From positions 2,485-66,484 of the forward strand of contig JACAFG010000001.1 of assembly GCA_019352195.1 (NCBI GenBank): a stretch of 64,000 nt of DNA, given 5' to 3'. Numbering within the stretch: the stretch's first letter is position 1; each line of letters starts with the position of its first letter. Of the stretch, positions 9,965-19,581 are shown piece after piece. The DNA is from Candidatus Saccharimonadota bacterium. Lineage in GTDB: Bacteria; Patescibacteriota; Saccharimonadia; UBA4664. The notes beneath the pieces are model-generated. The model searched no databases and was not told the DNA's origin. It saw only the letters and a list, made by a program, of their open reading frames with translations. The position numbers were made by a program, and so were the translations under genes.

Positions 9965-10700
9965 TTCGCCCAACGATTGGCGCGTAGCAACCGTTAGCCA
10001 AATTCACGTAGAGACCACGGGTTTGCGCACCTTCACCTTCACCTTCGACGAGCCAGTTCGTCACTTGGCCGGCCAGCACTACGAAATTCGCCTCACCAGC
10101 GACGACGGCTACCAAGCCGGACGGCTGTATTCGGCTGCTTCGATCGCCGATGGTATCGGCCGCACGCTCCAGCTGACGATTGCCATAATGCCGTATGGCG
10201 AAATCTCCCCGTATTTGTTTCGCTACGTTAAAGCTGGAACGAAATTGGAATTACGGGTACCATTTGGTGGCCATTTTGTCTGGACGCCTGATATTGCTGA
10301 TCCCGTGCTGCTTATTGGCGGCGGAACGGGCATTGTGCCGCTGCGAGCGATGCGATTGGCTCACCTGGCCGCGAGGACGGGCGTGCCGATGCAAATGCTC
10401 TATAGCGTCCGCAGCGCTTACGATATGGCCTATAAATCTGAATTTCTCCCCGATGGCCTTCATTCGCCAGCCGATGTCGCCATCACGTTTACCGGCGCAG
10501 CGCCCAAAGGCTGGACCGGCTTTGCCCGTCGGATCGATATGGGTATGCTGGCCGAACTCTTGGCGCGGCTCGGAGGCAATCCGCTAGTGTATGTTTGCGG
10601 ACCCACGCCCATGGTCGAGTCTGTCGGCACAATCTTGGTAGCCATGGGGATTGAATCAGCTCGCATTAAAACCGAGCGCTTTGGCCCCTCCCGTGGCTAA
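9957..10700 (+). CDS. ferredoxin-NADP reductase-like FAD/NAD-binding oxidoreductase
   Basis: RLYSAAS, GEISPYL, IGGGTGIVP, YVCGP, TERF motifs. Confidence 0.9.
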   Translation: MTSSPNDWRVATVSQIHVETTGLRTFTFTFDEPVRHLAGQHYEIRLTSDDGYQAGRLYSAASIADGIGRTLQLTIAIMPYGEISPYLFRYVKAGTKLELRVPFGGHFVWTPDIADPVLLIGGGTGIVPLRAMRLAHLAARTGVPMQMLYSVRSAYDMAYKSEFLPDGLHSPADVAITFTGAAPKGWTGFARRIDMGMLAELLARLGGNPLVYVCGPTPMVESVGTILVAMGIESARIKTERFGPSRG

Positions 10701-10826
10701 ATTCCATACGGGTTGCCAGTTTTGCTTTACCGCCAGCCGGTATAACGCCAGCCCTTGCCAACATTGCCAGTAAGCGCTACTGTTTCAAGTTAAGATTCTC
10801 CTACGAATAGCACCTGGAAGGAAATC

Positions 10827-11555
10827 ATGGACGCTCGGCCCGGCGTGTTTTTCCGCCTGTACTTTCGTCACCACACAGCGTGCCGCGTTGCCCTCGTAGC
10901 CACCGTTGTCTTCGCAATCCTTTTCGGCCTCATCTGGCCCTTCTGGATCGGCATCGATGACGTACCTAGCTATATGATTACGCTGGTCATGCTTGGTATC
11001 TGCATCGCACTGGTACTGGTGGTGTGGATTTTCATCACCGAGCAAGAGTGGCGCCACAATCCCGAAGAACGTCCTCCCGACGTATCACCCGAAATGATCG
11101 CCTCAGCCTACCTTGACTGGCGCATCTTCAAACACCGGTGGCAACCGGCGGTGGTGCTGACGCTCGTATCAGCCACGTTTACCGCTGCCCTCGGATTGGT
11201 CTTCGGTAGCGCCGAAAGTCAGGCCAGCAAGACCTATGCGTACATGGTGGTTTGGTACCTCAACTGGGGCCTTGCCGTTAGCTTCCTCATCCTCATACCC
11301 TTGGGTACCGTGGTGCTCGTCGAAGGTCTGCCCCGTCTGGCACGTTCCCTCGGTAGCATGCAGTCAGATTACCGCCGGGCCACAGCAGTGGTACTGCCCA
11401 ACAAGCCCACATACCCCAGTCTCGAGGCGTACGCCAAGGACAACGAGCGCCGTTGTGCCGTTCCTGTCAACCACCCCGACTGGGCCGTTCAGCTCAACGA
11501 AGATGAGCGGACCATGTTCGACGACATCAAGAACAGACTCAACAAACCCGCCTAG
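10827..11555 (+). CDS. orphan membrane protein
   Basis: Four TM segments, GC-rich third positions, GGAAGGA RBS, followed by hairpin. Confidence 0.65.
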   Translation: MDARPGVFFRLYFRHHTACRVALVATVVFAILFGLIWPFWIGIDDVPSYMITLVMLGICIALVLVVWIFITEQEWRHNPEERPPDVSPEMIASAYLDWRIFKHRWQPAVVLTLVSATFTAALGLVFGSAESQASKTYAYMVVWYLNWGLAVSFLILIPLGTVVLVEGLPRLARSLGSMQSDYRRATAVVLPNKPTYPSLEAYAKDNERRCAVPVNHPDWAVQLNEDERTMFDDIKNRLNKPA

Positions 11556-11567
11556 CTCACGCGCCCG

Positions 11568-11600
11568 CCGGCGCCTCGGACCCACCATCCGAGGCGCCGG
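11568..11600 (+). terminator. intrinsic terminator
   Basis: CCGGCGCCTCGGA / TCCGAGGCGCCGG then TTTGCCGTTTT. Confidence 0.75.
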
Positions 11601-11677
11601 TTTGCCGTTTTGGTATAATAGCTTCAGATAGGGTGCCTAGGCGCTCGCCTCATTAGCTTAAACCAAGGAAAACATCA

Positions 11678-12424
11678 ATGTCCGGACACTCTAAATGGGC
11701 CTCCATCAAACATCAAAAAGGCATTAAAGATGCTCGCCGCGGCGCCAGTTTTACCAAGTTTGCCGCCCTGATTTCAGTCGCGGCCCGCGGCGGTGCGGAT
11801 CCCTCCACCAACTTTAAGCTCCGCCTGGCAGTCGACCTAGCTCGCAAATCGGCAGTACCCAATGCCAATATCGAACGCGCCATCAAGCGCGGCTCGGGCG
11901 GCGAAGGCAGTGCCAACTTTGAAGAAGTCATGTACGAAGGCTACGGCCCCGGCGGGACGGCTATCATGGTTGAAACCGCCACTGACAACCGCAATCGCAC
12001 CGGCGCCGAAGTCCGGGCAGCTTTCACCAAACACGGTGGTAACCTTGGCACCAGCGGCTCGGTGGCGTATCAGTTTACCCAGCGCGGCGCTATTGTAGTC
12101 CCGGCCAAAGATCTGGACCAGGCCACGATGGACGCAATCGAAGCCGGTGCCGAGGACGTTGAAGAAGGCGAGGGGCAACTGCTAGTTTATACCAAACCAA
12201 CCGACCTCGATCTGGTTCGTAAGGCACTCGCCGAAGTTGGTTATGAAGCCCAAAAAGCCGAGTTATCCTGGGAGCCCAACACCACGGTTGAAGTGGTCGA
12301 TGAAGCCACCGCGCGCAAAATTATGAAGCTTATGGATGCTATGGAAGAGCTCGACGATGTAACCGGCACATATTCAAACTTTGATATCGCGCCCGAGCTT
12401 ATGGATATTCTCGAGGCCTCATAA
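11678..12424 (+). CDS. yebC: YebC/PmpR family protein
   Basis: MSGHSKW, YEGYGPGG, TDNRNRT motifs. Confidence 0.95.
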   Translation: MSGHSKWASIKHQKGIKDARRGASFTKFAALISVAARGGADPSTNFKLRLAVDLARKSAVPNANIERAIKRGSGGEGSANFEEVMYEGYGPGGTAIMVETATDNRNRTGAEVRAAFTKHGGNLGTSGSVAYQFTQRGAIVVPAKDLDQATMDAIEAGAEDVEEGEGQLLVYTKPTDLDLVRKALAEVGYEAQKAELSWEPNTTVEVVDEATARKIMKLMDAMEELDDVTGTYSNFDIAPELMDILEAS

Positions 12425-12428
12425 CTTT

Positions 12429-12914
12429 ATGAGAATTATTGGCATCGACCCTGGAACCGCTACCACTGGGTTTGGGGTTATTGAAGCTGTCGGCGGCAAT
12501 TACAAATTCATTGATGCCGGGGTAATTACCACCAAACCCGATATCTCGATGCCCGAACGCTTGTCACAAATTTATACCGATCTCACGCAGCTCGTGAACG
12601 AAGTCAAGCCGGAAGCGGCGGCCATTGAGCTGCTGTTTTTTGGTAACAACGTTACCACCGCCATTACCGTGGGTCAGGCTCGCGGGGTGGCGCTGCTCGT
12701 CCTGCATAATTATGGCCTACCTATTGCCGAATATAACCCCATGCAAATAAAAGTAGCAATCACGGGCTACGGTGCCGCCAAAAAGCCCCAAATTCAGGAA
12801 ATGGTAAAAATGCTCCTCAAGTTGCCACAAATTCCTAAACCCGACGACGCGGCCGATGCTCTCGCCATCGCCATCACGCATGCCAATAGCTTTGGCCGCA
12901 ACAACGAGCACTAA
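12429..12914 (+). CDS. ruvC: Holliday junction endonuclease RuvC
   Basis: IIGIDPG, E-LFF, QARG, DDAADALA. Confidence 0.95.
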   Translation: MRIIGIDPGTATTGFGVIEAVGGNYKFIDAGVITTKPDISMPERLSQIYTDLTQLVNEVKPEAAAIELLFFGNNVTTAITVGQARGVALLVLHNYGLPIAEYNPMQIKVAITGYGAAKKPQIQEMVKMLLKLPQIPKPDDAADALAIAITHANSFGRNNEH

Positions 12915-13873
12915 AACGTGCGCTTGTGCTCCATCATCCAACGGCTGAGCAAAAAGCAAATATTAGATTCTGCGCCGCTGTGGGTAGAAATCCGATCTGG
13001 CGCGTCAATACCATCAAAGCACATGAGAGTTTCGGGATCGTAAAGCTTGAGCTGAGTAATATTGTCACCTTCAAACCAGTCCATCCATTCGCGTGCTCCC
13101 GCTAACCACTTGGGCTTGCCGGTGGCAATGTGGGCGGCCATCATAGCCCATACCATGTAGGCCGCATCAATGGGCTGCTGTGAGTAGACTGGCGGCTTAT
13201 CACTGTGGGCAGAAAACCACCCGGAGTTGCCAACGGGTCCCAAAAAGTGGTTAAGACGGCAGGCTTTATCAACGAAGGTTAGCGTATCGAGACCAAGTTT
13301 AATAGCCTCAGCGTCGTCGCACTCAGTGCCGTAACGAATCAGTGCGTAGGGGATAATACCATTACCGTAGGTGAGGTATTCTTCGGGCCATGGCCAGTGA
13401 TGCGTCGTTTTTGCGAAGCGCGCTTTAAGGTCGGCTGCCAGTTCGGCCGCGCTGTCATGGCTCACATAGAGCGCTCCCAGTAGGGCGTAGGCGGTGCCGC
13501 GGATAAACTTGGGCCGACCCAATATTGTTAGCGCTTTAGCATACAAAACCTTGGCTTCATCGGCCCGAAAATGGCGGTGACACGCCTGCCCCATAGCCCA
13601 GACGATTTGTCCAATGGCGTCATCGGAGGCCGGAGCACCCCAAAAATCAAACGTATCGGTGGCAAAACCAAAAATCTCGTCGCCCTGAATCGATTTGGCA
13701 ATATAGTCGAACAATACCGAGGCCTGCTCATCGCGTCCGAGCACCAGACACAAAATGAGTCCGCGTGCCGCGTCGTCTAAAGCATAGCCTTCTTCAACAA
13801 GCGGCTTCTTACCGTCAGAGTGTTCCCAAATTCCGAAATCATCAAACAGTGAGTCGAAAAACGGCGTCTTCAT
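12911..13873 (-). CDS. glycosyltransferase-associated (alpha/alpha)-barrel protein
   Basis: GYALDDAAR, SDDAIG, LTYGN, QQPID, CFDG, GAES motifs, normally the C-terminal domain of large GT4 proteins. Confidence 0.7.
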   Translation of the reverse strand: MKTPFFDSLFDDFGIWEHSDGKKPLVEEGYALDDAARGLILCLVLGRDEQASVLFDYIAKSIQGDEIFGFATDTFDFWGAPASDDAIGQIVWAMGQACHRHFRADEAKVLYAKALTILGRPKFIRGTAYALLGALYVSHDSAAELAADLKARFAKTTHHWPWPEEYLTYGNGIIPYALIRYGTECDDAEAIKLGLDTLTFVDKACRLNHFLGPVGNSGWFSAHSDKPPVYSQQPIDAAYMVWAMMAAHIATGKPKWLAGAREWMDWFEGDNITQLKLYDPETLMCFDGIDAPDRISTHSGAESNICFLLSRWMMEHKRTF

Positions 13874-13879
13874 CGTGCG

Positions 13880-15091
13880 TTATTGCACCACTCGAGCAAC
13901 TGAATGAATGAGATCCGAATATGATCGGCCGACAATCGGCCAACTCATGGATGCTCCATAGGCTTGGGCACGTTTGCGCATGGCGGCATAGCGCACCGGG
14001 TCACCCAAAATTGATAGTACCGCAGCACTAAACGCATTATCGTCATTAAATGGCACGAGTAAGCCGCGGTCGTCGCTCAAGACTTCTTGGGCATAGCGAT
14101 ACGGGGTCGATATACTCACAAGACCCGCCCCCATAGCGTAGGCAAGCGTACCTGAAGCGGCTTGCTCGGGGTCGCCGTGGAGCGTGAGATAGAGGTCCGA
14201 TGCTCGCAAGTATTTCACCAGTTCTTCAACCGGCAAATATTTGTTCACAAACACCAAGCTATCCGCCACTCCCAGCTCGCGCGCCAGTTCCATGAGACTC
14301 TCGCGATAGGTTTCACCCGAGTAGGCCAAAATGTCGGGGTGGGTTTGGCCGACCACGTAAAGCTTGAGTTTGGGGTATTCCTTAAGAATTCGAGGCAGGG
14401 CATTAATGGCGATATCAATGCCTTTGTTGCCGCCAATGAGCCCCGTAATCATCATAATGGGCTCATCCGCTGGCAGCCCGAGCTCGGCCTTGCTCGACTT
14501 AGCATCCACCGGTGTAACGCTAGGGACCCCGTGCGGAATTACCCTAATCTTTTCAGCGTCGATACCGTATTTATCTACGAGTACTTCCTTAGCGCCATTG
14601 GTCATGGTGACCATGGCCGCAGCTTTGTCGGCCAGCTTCCAGACAATTTCACGTCGCTCGTCATCGGGATCGGGCAGTACCGTATGGAGCGTTACAATTA
14701 CCGGCACATCGGCCGCATTAATTAAGCGAAAAATATTATCGCCGAGCGGCTGATGAATGGCTTTGCCATCACGCTCAAAGTTGGTTAAGTTGCCACCGAA
14801 CAGACCAAATTCGTGCTGCACTACCAAGGCATTTAACTGCATACCGGCCAGTTTTTTACCGGCAGCGGTGAAGGATTCGGGATTACTGTTATTGGTTGTG
14901 GTTACAACATAGGGGCCGTAAGTGAGTTCATCGGCATCGCTTTCAGCTGCCGAAATACTAATGCGAATGGTCGGATCGGCTAGCTCAATGCCGCCAATTA
15001 GGTCGCGGCTAAAAGTAGCAATGCCGCATCGTTTGGGTACATACGAGCTCACCCAACCGACATGGAGCGGAAGCTGTTTCGTCTTAGGCAT
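13880..15091 (-). CDS. GT4 family glycosyltransferase
   Basis: CGIATF, QHEFGLFGG, IPHG, KGI, SGTLAYA, STPY motifs. Confidence 0.9.
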   Translation of the reverse strand: MPKTKQLPLHVGWVSSYVPKRCGIATFSRDLIGGIELADPTIRISISAAESDADELTYGPYVVTTTNNSNPESFTAAGKKLAGMQLNALVVQHEFGLFGGNLTNFERDGKAIHQPLGDNIFRLINAADVPVIVTLHTVLPDPDDERREIVWKLADKAAAMVTMTNGAKEVLVDKYGIDAEKIRVIPHGVPSVTPVDAKSSKAELGLPADEPIMMITGLIGGNKGIDIAINALPRILKEYPKLKLYVVGQTHPDILAYSGETYRESLMELARELGVADSLVFVNKYLPVEELVKYLRASDLYLTLHGDPEQAASGTLAYAMGAGLVSISTPYRYAQEVLSDDRGLLVPFNDDNAFSAAVLSILGDPVRYAAMRKRAQAYGASMSWPIVGRSYSDLIHSVARVVQ

Positions 15092-15190
15092 GTTTTACCT
15101 CATTAAAATACGATCTCGTTGTGAGGCCACGAAACCATATAGTACACTTATTATAGTTGCAACATCACATAATGAGAAATAAATACCCTT

Positions 15191-16156
15191 GTGACGGCAA
15201 AAACGCACCACACCCGGCCCCTATTTGTCCGTCTGTCCGCTGAGCCTATGCTCGTGCCCCGACCCGATCTCGTCTGGGAGGCGGGGGGGGTATTTGCACC
15301 TGCTGTTGTTAAGCGTCACGACGGCTACCACATGCTCTACCGCGCCTTCGGTCGCGACCGGATTTCGCGCCTTGGCTATGCCACCAGCCCAGACGGCCTC
15401 GAGTGGCGCCGCCACACCAAGCCGCGTGTAATTGGTGAAGGACCGTCGGAGCAATATGGTCTCGAAGATCCGCGCTCGGTTGTTATCGATGGTGTTCAGC
15501 TCACCACCTACACCGCCGCTTCGGGGCATCAGGAGGCCGACGGCTGGCATTGGCTAACCCGCATTAACATTTTAAGCACCCGTGATAACAAAACCTTTGT
15601 GCGGCTAAATCCCAAAATGCCGAACATAAACAACAAAGACGCCGTGCTGTTTCCGCGCCAAATCAACGGCAAATACTTTATGCTTCACCGACCCGAGCCC
15701 GATATTTGGATATCGAGCTCACTGGATCTTAAACGTTGGATTGACCATCGCCGCATCCTTACACCGGTACCGGGATCGTGGCAGGATTTGCGTATTGGCG
15801 CCGGGTCGCCGCCCATCGAAACCGAGCACGGCTGGCTCGTGTTCACTCATGGCGTCGCGGCCGACCTGACCTATTGTATGTCGGCTGTTATGCTCGACCT
15901 TGCCGACCCCAGCATAGTGACGTATCGTTTGCCGTATCCCTTGCTGGTTCCGGGTCTCGGTTACGAACTGCGTGGCATTGTGCCTAAGGTTGTGTTTGGG
16001 ACGGCCGTCACCGATGAAGGTAAAACCTATCGCCTGTACTATGGTGGCGCCGATTACGATATTGCGGCCGCCGAAATCAATAAGGCCGACCTTATCCATG
16101 CCCTCATGGACTATCCCGCTATCACCGCCCCACCCGGCAAAGCCCTGCCCGCTTAA
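15191..16156 (+). CDS. GH130-like glycosidase/mannoside phosphorylase
   Basis: MLYRA, EDPR, NKDAVLFP, IGAGSPP, LYYGGAD motifs. Confidence 0.85.
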   Translation: MTAKTHHTRPLFVRLSAEPMLVPRPDLVWEAGGVFAPAVVKRHDGYHMLYRAFGRDRISRLGYATSPDGLEWRRHTKPRVIGEGPSEQYGLEDPRSVVIDGVQLTTYTAASGHQEADGWHWLTRINILSTRDNKTFVRLNPKMPNINNKDAVLFPRQINGKYFMLHRPEPDIWISSSLDLKRWIDHRRILTPVPGSWQDLRIGAGSPPIETEHGWLVFTHGVAADLTYCMSAVMLDLADPSIVTYRLPYPLLVPGLGYELRGIVPKVVFGTAVTDEGKTYRLYYGGADYDIAAAEINKADLIHALMDYPAITAPPGKALPA

Positions 16157-16189
16157 CTACAGCGTCCGTAATTTGGTACCATATAACCT

Positions 16190-16951
16190 ATGACTATTTC
16201 CGAACAATCATGCCAGATTTTGGCCGCCGCCCAGCTAACCGGTCGGCTGAGCCATAATTCCCGTACCATTAATGAACAGGCGATCCGTGAGCTGATGGCC
16301 GAGAACCCCTATTGGTCGCTGGCTTCAACCGTGGTCGAAGGCCTTAACATTGACGAAGACGACGTGCTGGCGGTGGTCGTAAAGTCGTTTGGTATCACGA
16401 TGGAAGAGTTTATGGCCGATGAGGCCTCCACGATTAGCCCCGAGCGAACCGCCGCTCAGCTGGTCCATGGCCTTTCCGAACTGTTGGCAGCCGCCAAAAC
16501 GGGAGCGACAGTTGCACTTGCCACGGGGCATCCCGGCTCACTCGCCGAAGTCTATCGCTGGATTGGTGAGCTCGTGGTGGCGGCCGGCGGCTCATTATGG
16601 CTTATCCAACCACGCACACCCGCGACTCATGGTCACTTTTTGGACCAAGTTGGCGGTGTCATCATGCTCAGTGATGAGGGATCGCTCATGCATACCCACG
16701 AACAAGAGGGTTTGGGTACGCTGCTTAGCACCAATAAGCCCGACTGGCTCTTGGCCGACCACGGTTTCGCCGCCGCCGGTATCGATGTTGGTATTCCTAC
16801 CGTGGCAATCTACGATACCGACGATCCGGCCATCCCGCTGGCTGCCAGCGTGACGAAGGATATTATTGCCATTCCGATGAACGACAACCAAACAAACTCT
16901 CTAACCGCCGCCGCCGTGCGCGCTTTCTGGACGAGTTTGAATCATGGTTGA
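16190..16951 (+). CDS. putative phosphatase (actinobacterial-type LATGHP family)
   Basis: LATGHPG, HTH, LADHGFA, DTDDPA, PMNDN motifs. Confidence 0.7.
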   Translation: MTISEQSCQILAAAQLTGRLSHNSRTINEQAIRELMAENPYWSLASTVVEGLNIDEDDVLAVVVKSFGITMEEFMADEASTISPERTAAQLVHGLSELLAAAKTGATVALATGHPGSLAEVYRWIGELVVAAGGSLWLIQPRTPATHGHFLDQVGGVIMLSDEGSLMHTHEQEGLGTLLSTNKPDWLLADHGFAAAGIDVGIPTVAIYDTDDPAIPLAASVTKDIIAIPMNDNQTNSLTAAAVRAFWTSLNHG

Positions 16952-17921
16952 GAGCCCTTTTACCGCCGATGATCTCTTAACACTGGAAGCCGACCTCATT
17001 GCCGCTTTGGCGTCTCAAGGCTTTGATGTCGAGTCGATCAAGCTTATTGGACTCAAAGGCAGCGGCTCAAATTCCACCGTTTTCTCGGTGCTCATTAACG
17101 ATGTCTATCACGTGCTCAAGGTCTACCGCGAAGCAGGGGCGTACAAACGCGAAATCCATAACCTGCGCGCCCAAATTTCGCTCGACCGCATGTTTTTTGT
17201 TTGGCCGGCCGAACTTCACCGCTATCGCTACAACATTGTCGTCATTGAGGTTCCCGAAGGCCAAGAAATGCACTCCTCGGATCTTGGTCCAGCTGCTGCC
17301 AAGCAGTTTGCTAGCTGTATGCTGGGCCTCCATTCTATCCGTTACCGCGAAAAGGGGAGCACGCGCGCGCTGGAAGTCCGTTTGCGCGGTCAGATGGGCG
17401 CCATTCTGGCCCACGCCGCCGATTATGAAAGCATCGACGGCGACGAAATCGAGGCCGTCATTGAGCGCGCTATTCGTTACCTGCGCCGCCATGCCAAAAG
17501 CTTTCGTACCTCTCGCTCGAGGGTGCACGGCGACCCCTGGTGGGGCAATGTTATTGTCGCCAACGAAGGGTTTTATTTGGTCGATTGGGAAGGCGTAAAG
17601 CGCGACGACTACTGTGAAGATCTCGCTAAATTCCGCGTCTTGGTCGATTACGAGCGCGATTCTGAGCCCGCCTCATTTTGGGATACTGAGCCCAATTATG
17701 ATGCCGTCGACCACTTTATGGACGACGTCCTCGCCCGTTACGAAGATCATTTCGACGCCGAAACCAACATTCGTGGCCGATACGGTTTTTATTGTCTCTA
17801 CTTTGCCTGCATTGTCTTTGGCGACTATTACTACGACGTAAAACATGGTTCTGTCGAAGCAAAAAACATTCTGCGTAGCGGCATCGATTTGTTTTTGCGC
17901 TACAGTATTAAGGGCGCCTAA
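16944..17921 (+). CDS. aminoglycoside phosphotransferase/choline kinase-like protein
   Basis: Gly-rich loop, VLKVY, VHGD-W-GN, VDWE motifs. Confidence 0.8.
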   Translation: MVESPFTADDLLTLEADLIAALASQGFDVESIKLIGLKGSGSNSTVFSVLINDVYHVLKVYREAGAYKREIHNLRAQISLDRMFFVWPAELHRYRYNIVVIEVPEGQEMHSSDLGPAAAKQFASCMLGLHSIRYREKGSTRALEVRLRGQMGAILAHAADYESIDGDEIEAVIERAIRYLRRHAKSFRTSRSRVHGDPWWGNVIVANEGFYLVDWEGVKRDDYCEDLAKFRVLVDYERDSEPASFWDTEPNYDAVDHFMDDVLARYEDHFDAETNIRGRYGFYCLYFACIVFGDYYYDVKHGSVEAKNILRSGIDLFLRYSIKGA

Positions 17922-17970
17922 TGCTTTAACTGTTCGTTTGCATAGCCGTATCCGCTATACTACGTAAAGT

Positions 17971-18834
17971 ATGAAACCTTACCGCGTCGCCGTTTTTATC
18001 GTAATCATCATTGTTCTGGCCGTCGCCGGATGGGCGATTGGCCGCTATCATGGAAAAACCCAAGTTGCCACCACCGCGCCCGCCGGTACCTACGTTGCTT
18101 TGGGCGACTCGGTTGCGGCTGGCCTCGGTCTTAAGACCTACGCCGATGCCTCGGCCTGCGACCGTACCACTGAAGCGTATCCCAATGTGGTCGCGTCGAA
18201 GCTAGGCTATAGCCTCACGAGCTACGCCTGCAGCGGTGCCTCTACGAGCGCGGGACTGATTGGTTCGCAGACCGTTAATGAACTTTCCTTAGCCTCCCAA
18301 CAGAGCCAATTATTTGCTCTTGCCCAGCCAAAACTTGTGAGTGCTACCATCGGCGTCAACGATACGGGCTGGACCGCCGTACTCACCAAATGTTACACCG
18401 GCACGTGCGGGACGCCTGCCGATACTGATGCCATCTCGGCCGCGCTTACCTCAATGAGTATTAACCTCAACGCTTTCCTGTCGGCAGTTAAAGTCCACTA
18501 CGGCGCCACCCCTCCACTCGTGGTCCTTACGGGTTATCACCAGATTTTCCCGGCCGTAGTACCAGCGGACTGCACCACTCTGGCTACCCTCGACCCAGCC
18601 GAAGTAACGTGGGCTCGCCAGCAGCAATCACGTCTCAACACGGCTATTCAGACCGTTGCCTCCGGCTACAGCTTCGCTAAGTTTGCCCCGGTCGACTTCA
18701 CCGGCCACGAATTGTGCACGTCCGACCCGTGGGTACAAGATTTACAGTCGGCCGCACCGTTTCATCCCAACGAGCAAGGCCAGCCCGCCTTTGCCGCTGC
18801 GGTTGAGGCGGCCGCACAAGCCTCCGGAAAATAG
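17971..18834 (+). CDS. membrane-anchored SGNH/GDSL hydrolase
   Basis: YVALGDS, ACSGA, IGVND, FHPN blocks; N-terminal TM. Confidence 0.9.
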   Translation: MKPYRVAVFIVIIIVLAVAGWAIGRYHGKTQVATTAPAGTYVALGDSVAAGLGLKTYADASACDRTTEAYPNVVASKLGYSLTSYACSGASTSAGLIGSQTVNELSLASQQSQLFALAQPKLVSATIGVNDTGWTAVLTKCYTGTCGTPADTDAISAALTSMSINLNAFLSAVKVHYGATPPLVVLTGYHQIFPAVVPADCTTLATLDPAEVTWARQQQSRLNTAIQTVASGYSFAKFAPVDFTGHELCTSDPWVQDLQSAAPFHPNEQGQPAFAAAVEAAAQASGK

Positions 18835-18879
18835 TTAGTCTCTAAACTTTTAAGCTTGAGTAAGGTATAGTTAGTAGGA

Positions 18880-19581
18880 ATGATCTCACTTAGCGCAATC
18901 AGCAAAGTTTATGGCAAAAAGGACACAGCTTTTACGGCTTTGTCCGACATTAGCTTTGAAGTACCTGCTGGTAGCACGCTAGCCGTTATCGGTAAGAGCG
19001 GTTCGGGTAAATCTACCCTCATGCACATTATGTCGGGCCTCGACCGACCCACCTCGGGCACCATCAAAATTGATGACGTCGAATTATTTAATATGAAACC
19101 CAAAGCCATGGACGCCTTTCGCGCTGGCACCATGAGCTTTATTTTTCAGGCCTTCTTCGTTGAGGCTAACCAGTCGTGCTACCAAAACGTCATGTTACCG
19201 CTCGAAATTGGCCAAGTGCCGCGTCGTAAACGCAAAAGTTTGGTGATGAACGCCCTCAAGGCCGTCGAACTCGATGACAAAGCGGGTGTTTTAGCCGGCA
19301 ATTTGTCCGGCGGTCAAAAGCAGCGGCTGGCGATTGCGCGCGCCATTGTGAACCAACCCAAAATTCTGTTTGCCGATGAGCCCACCGGTAACCTTGATTC
19401 CACCACTGGTGAAAAAATTATGCAGCTGCTGTTTAATCTCAACAAAGATCTTGGTTGTACCTTGGTGCTCGTAACCCACGACCACGAGTTGGCGGCGCGT
19501 TGCCAGCATCAGATAACCATCAAGGATGGCCACATCGAGTCGATCGTAGATCGTCGCGCCGCCCGAAAGGCTCAAGCATAA
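18880..19581 (+). CDS. ABC transporter ATP-binding protein (LolD/MacB-like)
   Basis: GKSGSGKS, LSGGQ, ADEPTGNLD. Confidence 0.95.
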   Translation: MISLSAISKVYGKKDTAFTALSDISFEVPAGSTLAVIGKSGSGKSTLMHIMSGLDRPTSGTIKIDDVELFNMKPKAMDAFRAGTMSFIFQAFFVEANQSCYQNVMLPLEIGQVPRRKRKSLVMNALKAVELDDKAGVLAGNLSGGQKQRLAIARAIVNQPKILFADEPTGNLDSTTGEKIMQLLFNLNKDLGCTLVLVTHDHELAARCQHQITIKDGHIESIVDRRAARKAQA

